In this document: piece by piece, positions 62,901 through 64,000 of the stretch
Layout: every line of letters starts with the position of its first letter
Numbering within the stretch: the first letter of the stretch is position 1
From: Tubiluchus corallicola
Lineage: Eukaryota > Animalia > Priapulida
Direction: 5' to 3'
Assembly: GCA_030141605.1 (NCBI GenBank)
Contig: JAQGDQ010000145.1
Location: forward strand, 62,001-126,000
DNA length: 64,000 nucleotides
Notes under the pieces: generated by a model
What the model saw: the letters and a program-made list of their open reading frames with translations, nothing else
The model's database searches: none
What the model was told of the DNA's origin: nothing
Made by a program: the position numbers and the translations under genes

Positions 62901-64000
62901 GTACATTTTATTTCGTCTGTTTTAAAGAAAGTATCAGTTTGTTTTCATCTATACCCAAAACATGGAGTACTATACCCACTCTTTGCACTTTCTACATGTT
63001 CGGTTTTATTTTTCATAATGAGCAAAACAGGTAGGAAGCTTGTTTGGACTGCATGCACATAGATAATTGTCACCATCTTTTGCAATCACATATCCACCAT
63101 TTTTAGCGATGGATTACCTGCTTGCAAGTAATAGTGCTGTTCATCTTGTTGTAATGGCATTAATTTTGTTGTCCATGTGCATTATAAAACATTACTGTTT
63201 GTGTCATTGTGAGGCAAACGTGTTATTTTCCTAAAGATGTTGATTTATAGCAATTGTAAACAGGTATCTGTAATCTGTTAACAACACCTTGAGCCTATTA
63301 GCATTATTTCGGAAGCAGCAAGCAAAAACTATTTAGAATGTTTGCGCATTCAATTTCGGGAGCAGGATAATTAAGCACTATATAGAATGTCTGCACATTA
63401 TAGATAATCAGTCAGTAGATGGATTTAGAAGAGTTTGTCATTTCACGCAATTTTCAACATTGTGTAATATGCTTTGGTTGTTGCTGTCGTTTTGTGGCAT
63501 GGTATCATGTGGTGTAGGTGAGGGGTATTTTTTTAAACTGTGGCATTGCAGTAGAAAACTATTGCAGAAAAATTGTTGAATGACTGAAAGGCGCCGATGG
63601 AAGGGCATGATCCGAAACATAGCACGTTACACTAGTGTTTGCGCATTTCACAGATAGGGTGCAAGCAAAACATATGTGAGTGCGTGTGTGTGTACCACAA
63701 GGAACTCATTGGTTTGCATTCCAGACTAGTTCAACATATTTTGTTCCTTCTCAAATCTAGTTTTCTAATCGGGGCACCCACAAGAAGTAAAAGGTGCTAT
63801 TTTTGCAGTTCTACATAGCTAATTGTTACAAATGCAACCCATATGTTAATAAATTTAAAGTTCATTTGTGTACAATGATGGCATTGAAGTATAGTGTATG
63901 CAGCGCTTAAAGTGTAGCGGATCTGTCAGGGTCGCAGACCCAGAGTTACAGACCCTGCACCTAAAGAAAAAACAATGTCTCACCAGATCGCATATTTAGT

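Noticed and set aside
63251-63273. Candidate terminal KIF28 exon (AIVNRYL*)
   Set aside because: Phase fits, but the acceptor is weak and there is no homology support; the true last exon may lie beyond the window.

Overview
AT-rich, intron-rich animal (invertebrate-like) genomic DNA, not prokaryotic. Five host genes can be built exon by exon with consistent splice phases. (1) The 3' part of a Patched receptor gene (+, 740-8348, 9 exons, with an intron starting immediately after the stop codon). (2) A complete hydroxypyruvate isomerase HYI (+, 10856-16796, 8 exons, 263 aa). (3) A FAST-kinase-domain/RAP-domain mitochondrial RNA-binding protein (+, 22997-30950, 7 coding exons, about 650 aa). (4) A 1021-aa single-coding-exon gene with five pipsqueak-type HTH repeats and a catalytically degenerate pogo/Tigger DDE domain, probably a domesticated transposase (-, 33215-36280). 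(5) A KIF28/KLP-6-type kinesin-3 (+, 37236 to at least 62900, 22 coding exons) head-to-head with gene 4. The kinesin's first coding intron is a textbook U12 AT-AC intron, and the shared promoter carries a palindromic RFX X-box. Introns and intergenic DNA hold many MITEs (TA-flanked Tigger/pogo-like and 8-bp-TSD hAT-like), LINE fragments (one nested in a 3.3-kb DNA element), microsatellites, tandem duplications and two perfect hairpins. All family assignments come from motif recognition by eye; no database search was run.
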